A stretch of DNA of 55,917 nucleotides, filler included, from Basidioascus undulatus (lineage: Eukaryota), in NCBI GenBank assembly GCA_000826855.1. It is 5 parts of 5 records of this genome, joined end to end, with 100 filler letters (N's around TTAATTAATTAA, not from the genome) between each part and the next. Parts side by side here need not be neighbours in the genome. Positions count along the whole stretch, not along the records: positions 11,245 to 22,377 come from JTLS01001041.1; positions 22,478 to 33,499 come from JTLS01001044.1; 3 more parts are not named here. One strand, 5' to 3'. This document shows positions 13,392-25,799 of the stretch, piece after piece. Each line of letters opens with the position of its first letter. Within the stretch, counting starts at the first letter, position 1. A program made the translations under genes and the position numbers. The notes below the pieces were generated by a model. That model had not been told where the DNA came from. It made no database searches and saw only the letters and a program-made list of their open reading frames with translations.

Positions 13392-15222
13392 ATGAAGGCA
13401 CAAGGCCCTCTCCTCACTCTTCTCGCCTCCTTTGGGCTAGCTGCTGCGTCGCCGTTCCTCCCGCGCGAAGACCGTACAGGGTGGCCAGCTCGGCTGTTCG
13501 ATCCTGCGGTCGAAGGCAAGATTGTGGCGATTGCTGAATCTCAACAGGTTCGCCGCTCGAAATCCTCGCCCTATGAAGATAGGTGACTTACCTGCGCTTT
13601 CTCGGTCTTCAAAGGACCCGCAAGCCTTCCCGCAGTACACAACTCCGTTCGAAGCGCCCGAGCAGACGTACACGTACTTCAGCCCTACAACTTGGACGTC
13701 CTCGTTCTTCTCTACCTCTCTCTACCACCTCTATGACCGAGCGCAGCTCTGCCCGGGATCGTACGAGTCGCCAGACTACTATCTCGGCCTCGCGCAGCGG
13801 TGGTCAAGGAATCTGTGGCCCGCACTGTCTAGCCCGGACTTAGATCACGATGTCGGTAAGCATTGTTACACCGCCTTTCTTTGAAGTGCGTGTTGATGAG
13901 ATGATCTGTTAATAGGCTTCCAGTCTTTCCCTTTCCAAGCTGAGCTCCGCCGCTGGAGCTCGGCGTCTTCCGAAGCGCGCGAACGCGTCCTGACGATGGC
14001 TCGCACGCTGTCGAATCGATTCGTCCCGACCGCCGGGGTGATCAAGAGCTGGGACCGGGACAACCTCCCTGAGGAGGTGTGGGTGATCATTGACAACATG
14101 ATCAACCTCGTACGTTTCTCTTACGTCCTCCTTAAAACGTCGTTGCGACCTGACAACCAATGCAGGAGCTTCTCAACCTCGCCACCGCTTTGACCGGAGA
14201 CCAAAGTTTCCGTGACCAGGCGATATCTCACGCCGACAAGACCATGCAGAACCACATTCGTGCTGACGGGGGAACGTTTCAGTGCGTTTTGATGCTGGCT
14301 GCCATCGGAGCGTTCGAGCTTACATCGATCCGCCACAGTGTGGTCGTCTACGACGAAGCGTCGGGTGGCGTCAAACGCAGCATCACTGCTCAAGGATATG
14401 CGGACTGGTCGTAAGTCGAGGTCGGCGCTCAAGGAAAGGTCATCTGGCTCATCCTATTCCGCTCGTAGGACGTGGTCGCGCGGTCAGGCCTGGGGCATTT
14501 GGGGTTTCGCAAGCAGTCAGTATGGTATTGAGGCAACGCAACGGACTCTGCTGAACGCATCCCATAGTGTACCACTGGACGGGGAAATGGGAGTATCTCC
14601 AAACCGCAGGCCGCCTGGCCGACTACTTCCTCAATCACTTGCCTGAATTCGGCGTGCCCCTGTGGTGCGTATCTTCCTTTAAATCGCGTAGGAGCTGTCT
14701 GACCGTAAGCCAATAATGTGTGCCTCTGTTTCAGGGACTTCCAAGCTCCGCGGCCCGGCCCACTCGACTCTTCGGCAGCTACGATCGCTGCTGCCGGTCT
14801 GCTCCAACTCGCCGAGCACGACGACGCGTCTGCCGAACGGTGGAGGGACGGCGCGAAACGCTTGCTGGACGGGGTCACTCAGGTACGTGCGAATGTCTTG
14901 TCCTTCTTGATCTGCGGAAACTGAAAAGCTCTTCTCCAGGACGGACTTGGCTGGACGGGCTCGTCCAACTTTGAGACGATTCTCAACCGGGGCACCGTCA
15001 ACCACAACGCGAACCCGCCCATTCGCGAGACGGGCACCGTGTACGGAGACATGTACTTCATCCAGGTAAGTGAATTGCTTTCCCAGTGTTCCAACCAGGT
15101 ACGGTACCGCTGAACCCAGCCTTCTTCCGCAGGCTGGTAATTACCTCCTGCGAGCAGGTCTTGCAAGCTGCCCGGACGGCAGTCAGGCGACGGGCAAGTC
15201 GTGGTTCTGGGAGCCTCTGTAG
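13392..15222 (+). CDS. Secreted glycoside hydrolase family 88 (unsaturated glucuronyl hydrolase-like)
   Basis: Signal peptide MKAQGPLLTLLASFGLAAA. Motifs WTSSFF, LDHDVGF, GVIKSWD, VIIDNMINL, AISHADKTMQNHIRADGGTFHVV, TAQGYADWSTWSRGQAWGIWGF, VPLWDF, DSSAATIAA and YGDMYF. Confidence 0.9.
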
Positions 15223-18200
15223 GCGTATAGTGGAAATCAATTTTGTACGAACGGCTACAGTATTCGACCTGCATGTTCATGGGAGGTAGAGAGTAAAGCA
15301 TCTTGGCTAAGGGACAAGTCAGCAGCAACGCAGTCTGTGGACCAGGTTTTCCTTGCCAGCATCGGGCCAACATGGTTAAGACACACAGCTTTATAACTTC
15401 GTATGCAGGGCAAAAGACTTCAAAACACCTGAGTGTTACATGGCAGCATTTGTACCTCGCGGATCAACGTGTACGGGCACTTTGGTTTACTTCCACTGGG
15501 GCAAACGTCTAAGTCGCTTGAAGTACAGTTTAGAAGTATGTATTACCGCGTGATAAGGGTCATGTTCACAGGCTACACAGGAGGAAGACACACAAGTCTT
15601 GCGAGACGCTGCGTGAACGCGGAAACTGTGCCAGCCATGCACAAAAAAAAATGTCATGCCACAGCATCTGTGGGTGCATTAGGAAATTTGGGCCTGCAGT
15701 ACACCAGTGCTTATGACAAGTCTTTCCCTGGAAAGCGCCGGCGCGCTCTCGGGGGCATGGTTGAGGACGGAGAGGGCAAAAGCAGTGACGTCGAACCGGT
15801 CGCCTCTGACAGGGCAGGTGAAGGCGAGCGGGGGCCTTCCGGAGACCCGGGGGGCGCAAGAGGCTCTTCGGGGTCGAACGCCATTGCGAGTTGGCGTAAA
15901 GGTGAGGAGTCTGGGCACGGCTGGACAGTCGATGGACATATTTACCCGCTGCACTGCGTGACTCTTTCGGTACTCACTCCCCCAGCAGATGTACCTCGCA
16001 AAGTCCTCATATAAATGCTCAATCACTTTCTCCAGGGCAGCATGCTTCTCCCTCGCAAGCGGAACAGCCGCGACCCCTCTTTTCCCAGATTGCTCCTGGA
16101 GCTTAATGTCCTGTAGCGTCAACTCATCAAGTATCCTCTTATACTCGAGAACTCCTCCTTAACTCCTAGATCTTGCAACGCCTAGAAAGTTTCTCGTCCG
16201 CGTGTGTCCAGGCGAGCGAGTTTGGGTGCGGATCCAAGGGGCACATGTTGCAGCATGGCAAGCAGCAGAGCACGTCGAGGCTTGAGAGGAGGACGTCTCT
16301 GAGGAGGCGAGATCGGACGGGATTTGCACACGCCGAAGAGTTTGAAGAGTATGCGGGAAAGGGTTCTTAGGAACAATGGTGGTGGGTAGATGGGTGGAAT
16401 GTTGGCGAGACGCTGGGGTGCGGAAGCGCACAGGTCTTGGGGTCATCGGTTTCGCCTCCAGAGTGCGATGCTTCTGGCAGGGCGCAGCGAAGCAGTCCCG
16501 CCCCCCACAGGCCTCTTCAGAGAAATGAACGGTCGTCCACCGAGTATCTTCGTAAGTGCACAGAGTCCTTGAGAAAAAGCATCCAGCGGCGGCGAAACAC
16601 TCCCCTAAGTGTGAGTCCTTGCCGTGGTCGTGCAAGTTCGGTCTCCGGTCTTGCTCACCCACACCTTACCTGCTCGGCTCCAGTGTCGAGATATCCACAA
16701 GGCTACCAACTGTTTAAATGTATTCTTGCGACCCTGCATGTCGTGTTTGGGCCCGAAGAGCCCTTCCGCCTGGCGTGCATTCCTCTGTCACCGTACCGCT
16801 GTGCCGCATATCCTGACTACGCGTGATCTCTCAAACGCGTATACATACCACTGAACTCCAATCTTCGAACAAATTTCAAATATCGTAAAGCGTCACACCT
16901 ACCGACAGCTAGCTTCCACCCATTCAGCCAAGCGCGACAGCGCGCTGTCGCAGCCTCACACGTCCCATTTGGGGGCATCTTTCTCCCCTACGCCTCACGC
17001 TCATCTCCCCCAATATGTCCCAGAACCCCTTCCCATACCTCTGGAATGACCCGCCTTTTTAGGACCCTACTTCAACCCGCGCGAGGACGCGTACTCGCTC
17101 ATCTACCATTTCCACTCGTCGTCCACGTCACCCGACGAGCTCCGTTCGCCTCCCCCCATCTTCCACCTCGGTTCAGCAAACCTCATCCTCACCTCAGCCG
17201 CTTTTCAACCCCTTCTACCCCCATCCTGCACACCAAGCACCCCCACCCCACCGCACCTCGCGCCCCTCTACACCTGGGCCGCTGTAATCCAGCAGTCGTA
17301 CCCCCGACAGCCACCCTCCGACGGGCTCCCCAAGCCGTACAATACTTACGGATCGGGTTACTGGTCGAATATGGAACCAGGGGCAAAACCCACCCTCACT
17401 GTGCGCTTCTTTTCTCGCCCTCGGTATCTTGCGCCGGATGTGGACTGACAATTCCAAACGCCGGAACCTCGCCGTCTCGCTCTTCGCAGCTGGCCACTCC
17501 ATTGAGATTGCCCCGGTGGGGAAGGCGGAAAAGTAATGCTGGATTCAGTGCTGGTTAAAAGGCATGGAAGGCGTGGTGGTCGACGGGCTGGTGTGGAAGG
17601 GGTCGAGGGGGTGGGATGAGGCTGACGAGGAGGACGAGGAGCCGGCGGCGCTGTGGGGGAGGAAGCCGAGCTTGAATGTTTGGCTTATTGGTTTTACAGG
17701 GTCACGCTGAATGAGTAGAAGAGAGCTAATTGAGGCTGATCGATGGATTGTGCTGTTTCAACACTCGCTGGCGAGTTGGGGATCCTGCCCGAGGACATCA
17801 ATCCAGGAATTCGAGCCTTCGGGTCTCACTTTCCATCCTGCCCCGACCTGCCCGAACTCATGACACCCCCCAGGGAACTAAGACTTTCAGTAGCGAAGAG
17901 AAGCATTCTGAAGCTAGGAGCCAGGACGCTGCGCCGTCATCTGCGAAAATCTTCCGCTGCACGCCGGGCTGGTGGAGGGATCTGATGCGATGTCAGAATA
18001 CCACCAGTCGACCCATAGTCCCCGTCCCGCAGCCGCAGCTTGGCAAGATCCTCTGGCTGTGCTCAACCGCATCTGAGGAAATCTAGAGATGTCTTTGGCT
18101 TATAAATCGACCAGGACACTAAATCATATCCACCTGACAAAGTCTGCGACCTCGCGCGGCAGGTGGAAAGTGTCCAGTGGGCGCACCCGACACGCCCTAT

Positions 18201-18923
18201 GGACTACTGATTCGGAGTGAGTGCCGGCAACACGGAGCGATGTGGGCTCAATTTGGCGGGCAATATCACAGCTCCGGTGCCGTGTTTGTGGCGGTTTGCC
18301 GGAGTACAGTCCGTCTCCGGCCGACACGGAGGGCTTGCACGGTGGCAGCTCCGTGCAGGGCGGCAACCACGCCGGCAAGTTATGAAGCATGTTCGCTCAA
18401 AAACGGAGTTGTTAGACGGCTCTCCATCTGTGCATGGTCGGCTTGTGATACGTTATGCCGGAAAAGCCACCGCTAAATATTTGGTTCGTGTCTATTTTGG
18501 CTGCTTGGGCTTTCCTTCCGACGTTGAAACAATTCGCGGATCAATCAAACAACTGTTCAGTTCGGAATAACAAGGAACCATGGAGAACATTGCACAATAA
18601 TTTATTCATTATGTACATTGGACTTTGGGCATGCAAGATGTACAACTTGTATGGCAGCCTGCCGAAGACGGAGCTGTTTCACCAGCCTGTCTTTCACAAT
18701 CGCTACACAAAACAACACACCTAGTCCACTGAAAGGCGAGCAATCAGGGGAAGCGAAAGAAAAGTCGTACTCAGACTTGACGTGATAAGGTTAGGCACTT
18801 TCCTACCGGTCAGGTAAGGGGTCCAAGACGAGGGTAAATACAAGGGCAATTGGCGATGGCTCAAATCAGCCGGGGTGAGAACGCAATGGAAGGAAGGCAA
18901 GGAGCACAACTCTCTTCTCTGGT

Positions 18924-19560
18924 TTATGAAGGATCACTGACACTTTTCGGCCGGCTTAAAAGGAATTTGTGAATTTCCGGGAGATGAGAAGACAAGCTAG
19001 TTGCACAGTGAACGGCGCTGGCTGCTTCAAAAGACGCGGCACTCTTGCCGTTCCCCCGGAATCCGTCCTGCAGGGACGGAAGAAACAGAAAAGTATGAAT
19101 TAAAGCACGGCTGAGATTCCGTCCTCCCTGCCATTGATGACGGATTCTCAGCCGGAATAGTTCATAGGGCGACATGTCGATCACGAGAAAGCCCCCTCAA
19201 TGGACGATTTTCTCGCTCGTGTACCCAATCTCTAAAATTTCTTCCAGCCAAGGATTAACGAATAGGAAGGTCTTGCCTGTGCAAACACAATTTCAACATT
19301 ACGAACCTCATTCGCTGTTGTAGACCGCACACCGTCCAACCGCTTCAAAGAAGAGAAACTCGACGGCCTTCAGCAAGATGATGTCGTCGTCGTACGGGCG
19401 CATGGCGTCGAGCCGGGCGACGGTCCCGCTCGGGTCGCGCATGATTCGACGCGCAGTTTCTTGGAAGGACGGGTCGTCCGACGAGAACGTCCTACATTTG
19501 CAGGGCTCGCCTTCGGTGTGCGTGTGGGGAGGTAAGGGAAACATGTTCACGGTGGAACGT
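18924..19560 (-). pseudogene. Possible decayed gene fragment of unknown family
   Basis: Coding-like exon (FQETARRIMRDPSGTVARLDAMRPYDDDIILLKAVEFLFFEAV), a short GT..CAG intron candidate, then KTFLFVNPWLEEILEIGY...VH* with an in-frame TGA. Confidence 0.25.
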
Positions 19561-20270
19561 TGAGGGAAGTCGCGTGCGCTGAGGCACGCTGAGGCCTTAC
19601 TTCGCTCACGTTGTGATTAGTTTGTAGTAGCCTGGGTGTCAAGCACGTCCGAAGACGCCCTCCTGACTTGCTCGAGGGACATCTGAAGACCATCAATCAT
19701 CAACGCTGAGTTGGACATTTTTGTAGATTTTAACAAAGCTCTAGGGAACCAGCAAGACGAATAAGCCGTAGCCTGCTAGAATCCAGCTCTGCGCAAAACG
19801 TATTCCGGCTCGCAGCCACCTGTGTCGTTCATCGGGACTCGGGAGGGCTTTGTGTAAGAATGAAGGAATCACATTCAACATTTGATGGTATAATCTACTA
19901 CCTGGTCGGTTTCCAGCATGGATGGAATCGGGAGTCATTTGGGTACTTGCACCACACCTTCTGTGTCGAGACTCAGCTGGCGACCGTGCATCACAACCCG
20001 CTGGCAACTGAGGTACTTGTCGAGCCTCCTGGACTTTGAGTTACACAGTTCGTGTGGTGTCTTTTCAGGGTTTCTTTAGCGAATAAGTCTTTCCATTTCA
20101 CCAGCAGGCCAGTCGGGTCGGGTCAAAGTCACGTGCTGGCGATCCGCACGCGTCCCGTCGCTCGACTTGACCGCGTCTTGCCTTTACTTTCCGCGCTCAT
20201 CCCCATCCAATTCTCTCTCTTCCCGCTTTCGTTCTTCTCCTCGCCGGACCCGAAGTTCACGCCGCCGAGC

Positions 20271-22377
20271 ATGGCGGTATCAACGCCGCAGCGCCTGCTG
20301 CCGTCGTGGGCATTCGAGGTCGCCAATTCGCCCTTCGGCTCGGACATCGCTTCGTGCGGCTCCCCCTCGAGCCTGGTATCCTTGGCCAGGCAAACTGACG
20401 AGTCCACGGGTTTGGCCTGAGTCCAGTCCAGCTCCAGAAACCTCGATCGCATATCTCAACTCTCAGCTCATCGCCCACGGCTTTGCGCGCTCAAAGCTCC
20501 AGCTGGAGGGGCTGGACGAGGCGGCGCGCGAGCAGCTCACGAAATGCTTGTTTGCAATGCTGGGCCAACGGGCGGTGAGGCTCCCTCATATCGGACTTGA
20601 AGCGGGTAGGGCCCTGGTTCATGGGAGGCTCATATGCTGGGCTGGGTGGACAGGACGACCTCTCGTCCCTCGAGTCGCTCTCGACTAAGTACCGTACAGC
20701 GTCGTACGACCTCGAGCGCCTCAAGTCTTTCCACGGCGAGCTCAAGACGCAGCTCGCAGACCGCGAGCGTGATGTAGAAGCGCTCAAAGCGAAGCTCTCG
20801 TGCGCCACCATCCCAGCTCGAAGCCCAGTCTCTCCCCGCTGACACCTTTTTTCCTGTGCCCGCTCTGCGCAGCGCCCAAGCGAAACAGCTCAAGTCCTCC
20901 GAGGACGCGCATAAGACGACGCGCGAGCAGCTCGCGGCGACCAAGGCGGCTTTGCAATCCGTTCGGACGCAACACGCTGTGAGCGCAGCCCCCTCTCCTG
21001 GCTTCGTACTGCCCCTGACCGCCGAGTGTGGGTAACAGCACGACCAGAAGAAGCGCTCGCTCGAGTACGACAAGCTCGCAGCGCGGTGGAACGCCCTCGC
21101 GTCTGAGCAGGTCCTTGCGCGCCCCGGCGCTCGCGCGCCAGGGCTCACAGTCGCCAATGGGTCTATCCTGCCCGGCAGCGGCGCGGCAGTTATCGATCAT
21201 GTGCGGCTCCCTTTTCGCGTCCCCGTCGCGGAAGCTCGTCAGGCTGACTTGCGATACACTGATGTCTGGCGGAACAGCAATCGGCCCTTCTCGAGCGCGC
21301 GCTGGCAGATGCGGAGGGCGCGCGCGCGGCGTTGACGGGGGAGAACGGGGAGCTGCGGGAGGTGATTAACGGCGTTGGGGCCGAGCTTGGGCGGATGGCG
21401 GCCGAGGCGAAGGCGTCCATGTCCGCGCGTGCATCACCTGTGCGTCTCCATTCTCTCCGACCCATCCCCCCTTTCCACCCAGGCTCATTGACAACGCACC
21501 AGGTCGTCTCACCACCAACATCCCTCTCTATGTCCACCTGTCCTCCGTCAGCCCCATCAACATCCTCAGTCGCTCCGTCTTCCTCCGCAGCGACCGCAGC
21601 AGCCTACTTCCGCGCGCCCTCTGCAGCGCTGCAGGACACGCGGGACAGGCTGCACATCTACCTCCAGACGCTGCGCGACCGGCTCGCGGAGGACTCGGAC
21701 GCTGCGTTCGGCTCGTCCTCCCAGTCGCAACAGCCCGCGGCGTCCTCGGAGGAGGCGCAGCGGTTGGCGGAGGAGTGCGAGAGGCTGAAGAGGGAACTGG
21801 GTACGCCGCGTGCCCTCGATGTGCTGCGAGTGGAACGTGGGGGGCTGACGAGCGTCGGGCACGCGCAACAGAGGAGATCAAGTCCTTCCAGGACGCGGGG
21901 AACAAGCTCGTCGCTTCCTTCGCGCGGGACCAGGCGCAAGCGGCGAACGCGCTCGGGACTACCAGCTCCGGGGACGCACATCCAGGCGGGGATCCGGACT
22001 CGTCGTTGTCCGTTCATCTCTCCGTTTTTTCTATGGCTTTGACACTGACAGGACGTAACACCATTGCAGTGATGTGCCTCCTACCGATCTTGCTACCCAC
22101 CGCGCACAGCTCGACGAGGAGCGGAGAAAGTTCACGGAGGCTGCCGTGCGGCTGGGGAAAGAGCGAGCGCAGTTGGAGGTACGCTTCCCGCACTCGACTA
22201 TCTCAATGCGCACGATAACGCGATCTGACGGGAAATGTTTGCCCCGTGCCAGGCCGAGCGCATCGCCTTCCTCGAAGAGAAACGACAAGCATCGGTAGCC
22301 GCGATGCTCGGCGACCTGCCCGACACGCCCGTCCCCGCCTCCGCCGCCATGAGCGTTACCTCCCGACCCCCCAAACA
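20271..22377 (+). CDS. Afadin/alpha-actinin-binding (ADIP/SSX2IP/Msd1-like) coiled-coil protein, 3'-truncated
   Basis: SIAYLNSQLIAHGF...LTKCLFAMLGQRADDLSSLESLSTKYRTASYDLERL, long heptad coils, HDQKKRSLEYDKLAARW and LDEERRKFTEAAVRLGKERAQLEAERIAFLEEKR. Confidence 0.8.
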
Positions 22378-22477
22378 NNNNNNNNNNNNNNNNNNNNNNN
22401 NNNNNNNNNNNNNNNNNNNNNTTAATTAATTAANNNNNNNNNNNNNNNNNNNNNNNNNNNNNNNNNNNNNNNNNNNN
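22378..22477. other. Artificial contig linker
   Basis: N44-TTAATTAATTAA-N44. Confidence 0.98.
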
Positions 22478-24054
22478 TCTCAGCGTTCTTCGCGGCAGAG
22501 TCGGGATCGCTGAGAGCGACGCCTTGCAGTTGGTCTGGCCGTAGGCGTAGTCTTGCGTGCCGCCGTTGCGCGTGAAGTGGGTGCTCCTTCGGGACAACAA
22601 CAAAACGTAAGAAATCATCTAGAATCTTGGTGCATGTCCTATGAACTCGTGAATGAGTGTCCCGGCTGCGATGCGAAGGAGTCACTGTCAGCTGCGGTCA
22701 ACCAGAAATGTCGAGTACGCGGAGTGGCAGCGTACCGCGAGAGTCCGTGCCGAGCAGAGGGGCCTTCCAGAACTCCATGGGGACAAGGAGTGAGCGTCCT
22801 TCGATTGAATCTCAGCCTAGGAGAGAAGGACGTACTTGTGGGCAGATGAAGATCGTGCCGTATTGGTCGGGTTAGACGTAGCCAAAAACACCGCCTTGGG
22901 TGCATGTGCCGCAGTCATACCTGGTGGAAGTGCTGGAATTTAAGCATCCCTCATGACTTCTATAGATCCCGTGCAGGAAAAACCTTACGTGTGATTCAGA
23001 AGCTGACTGTTAGCGACGTTCTGTCGGTTTATGAAAAGGAGGTGGCCAAGTCAGTCGATGTCCAACGTCCAGAGTTAGCTCTAGGAATCGCACCTTGAAG
23101 TTCTCCAGCACCGACACACGTCGGCCATTCCCGAGCGGGCCGAACCAGGTCTTGTAGCGGGGGGTGGCCGAGGTGTGAGCGGTCATGTAGGCGACAGAAT
23201 CCGTGGCGAGCGTCTGCGCCGCCCGCGATCGCTGCGTTGAGCTGAGCCTGTCGGTCGGCTGAGCAGCCCTTGAAGGCGGCGCGCTTACGGAAAGTCGAAG
23301 AGCGGCGAGCGGGAGGAGCGATGGCGCTGCGGAGGGACGAGAGGATGGGGAGGTCCCCCGCTGCAAGGGTGATGCTGGTCTGGGCGGCGACGAGGTTGAC
23401 GATGCCGACGACGGCGCTCGCATCGACGATGTACAGCGGTCGACTGGCGCATCGGACGTCGTAGCCGCCAGCGCCGGTTTCGGAGAAGTCGTAGGTCTCG
23501 CCGACTGTGGGGTGGAGAAGACGAGGTTAAGATATCGGGGTAACGTCTAGGAAGGAGGAGGAAGGGTTTGACTCACTTCGGTGAACGAAGTCCCGAGACT
23601 CTCCAGGCGCGAGAAGGGTGAACTCGCCTTCCAGCGCAGCGACGTCGGGGCTCCACTTGTACTGTGGAGGGAAACACTGCCTGTAAGTAACGGCACACTC
23701 GGATGAAAGGCAACTGCAGCGTACCTTTGCGCCAGTAAATGGAGGAGCCGCACCCGTGCCGGAGTGCGTGACGACGAAAGGAGAGCCCTGGAATCCCTCG
23801 GGGGCGAAGATCGAGTTGGGGTCATGCAAGACCTTGACCTCCTCGTGGCCGGTGTTCTTGGCTGTGACGACGATCGTTCCGACCGAGTCGACGACGCCTG
23901 CCCAGATCGTCAAGAACGGGTAAGTCCATGCGGACGACAGAGCGAAAGTGGGAGCGGACGCACTGCCGATGGTAATGTCGAGAAGGGGCTGGGCAGCCAC
24001 GAGGGGACCGGCGAGAGCGAAGAGGAGCGCAGCGACGGCGATGTTGGCGACCAT
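22478..24054 (-). pseudogene. M35 deuterolysin/aspzincin metalloprotease, interrupted as sequenced (2 frameshifts, 1 stop), 3'-truncated
   Basis: Signal peptide, propeptide (KNTGHEEVKVLHDPNS, FTLLAPGES), KR maturation site, ATPRYKTWFG, YDCGTC, FWKAPLLGTDSRAGTLIHESTHF (HEXXH) and GGTQDYAYG. Lesions at about 23223, 22872-22874 (TAA) and about 22520. It may instead be an intact gene with sequencing errors. Confidence 0.8.
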
Positions 24055-24709
24055 GTTGAGGTATTAGGGAGCGAGAGACAGACCAAGAGCCCGAGAGGGA
24101 TAATATTCGACAAAGAAGGAAGATGGGGAGGAAGCGCAAAGAGGTGTCGCCTGTATATAAAGGCACGGCGAGGACACTGCCATCGTCTCGTCTGTTGGAC
24201 TGGCCATAACGCTGCGAGCCAATACACTTCTGCGTTGCGGCAGTCCGAGGCGGCCTGAGCACTCTTGGAATCGGATGCAGCCTTAAAATGGGGACATCAT
24301 GGAAACCGTCGGATTCTGGAATCGCGGTAGCTTCCGTTGAACTGAATGCAGCGTTGGGTCTTGGGCGAACTGGGTCAGTCGCAGAACGGAGGTCAGTCAG
24401 TCTTGCAGCGAAGAACACCTTTAATATACTAGGAGCATAATACGCAAGAGAACGTCCACCAAGCCGTGTCTATGTTGAGGGTGTCTTATCACATTTCTCA
24501 CCCCTTCTAAGGCACGTCCGAGTCAGCCTAGCAGCTTGTACTGGAGTGCCTAGCTTCAGTCCCAAGGCCGACTGGAAAAAAATGGCTTGAACAACACAAG
24601 CTGTTCTGAGGAGGGGCGGGTTGTGACTCCGTCTCCAACTCGCTGCGCCCGGCTTTCACTTTCAGAACAGTTGCGAGTCTGCACCTCGACCCCCTAACTC
24701 GAGCTTTCG

Positions 24710-25361
24710 ATGCGCCCGTCGTTCGTGTTTCGCGTGTTCATCCCTTTGCTTCTCGTCACGCTCGCCTTCGGTGCTGTTTCGCATCTTCTCGCATCCACTG
24801 CGACATCCGACCGCACCATGCAGCCCACCCACGCGCTCGCTGGCTGGCACCGCCGCGCTATCAACCATCCTCACAAAGACGCGTTTCAACCTTCACGCTC
24901 CACCTTCTCCTTCGCCGCCTTGCTCAGCCTCCCCGCGCATCCCAACGGCCTCACGTCGCATTCTTTAAACCCGACTTTGCCGTCGATGCTGAGGGCCGCG
25001 TGCTGAGGGTCACGAAGGGCGATTGGGACGCGCTGGAGGGGCTGGCGCACGCGGAGGTCAATGACCGCGAGGTCCCGCAGCCCGGCGGGTTTAGGAACCA
25101 GTGGAGGATCAAGCAGTCCCGGACCAATCTTCCCATTGTCGAGCTTCACGTTGCGGCTGGCGGGGAGATGAAGGTGGTGTCGGTGTACGGTTTCGATGGG
25201 CACGCGGACGAGCTCGAGGCGCCTGTGCACGGCTTGGATCGCCTCCCGGGGGTTCTGATGGAGGTTTTAAGGTGCTGGGTGATGGCCGGGAGGATCTTGG
25301 GGAAGGAGCGGTTGATACCGCGCTGGTGGACGAGACGAAGAAGATTGTTGCGGGGGAGTAG
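24710..25361 (+). CDS. Hypothetical protein with hydrophobic N-terminus and two apparent frameshifts
   Basis: Three overlapping ORFs join into one coding-like product (MRPSFVFRVFIPLLLVTLAFG...HPNGLTSHS/FKPDFAVDAEGRVL...GFRNQWRIKQSRT...LMEV/FKVLGDGRE...IVAGE*) if one base is added in T-runs near 24964 and 25266. Confidence 0.55.
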
Positions 25362-25799
25362 GGACTGCTTTCTATCGCATTGCCTTGAGATCCACAACAC
25401 CTCTTGCCGATAATTTGGCTGGCAATCTGATCAAGGAAATCTCATACTTTCATGGTTATTGTGTACGAGACTGTACCTGCGCAGCGTTCGAGAAGCGAGA
25501 GTCGGCAAGCCCAGCATTGACAGCCACTTGCAGGTGTCAATGTCCGGGGAAGACGCGTCGTCCCCGTTGACGACCGCAGGGTGGACGCGCTAGACTCCAA
25601 ATCGTGCACCGCGACCCACCTCACCACCTTGCCAGCTTATCTTGTACGACGAGCAGCGTATGCAGGCAAGCATCTAGCTGGCGTACAGATCTTGGTAGCA
25701 GGTGCGTAGAAAATTCTAAGTTGCGACCAGAAATCCACGCCTGAACAATTCCAGCAGTTCCCGGCGTGTTACTGCGTCCGCGTCTTCCTCGTTCCCACA

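Noticed and set aside
22872..22874. In-frame TAA as a sign of stop-codon recoding
   Set aside because: The same gene has frameshifts, and nothing else in the window supports a non-standard code.
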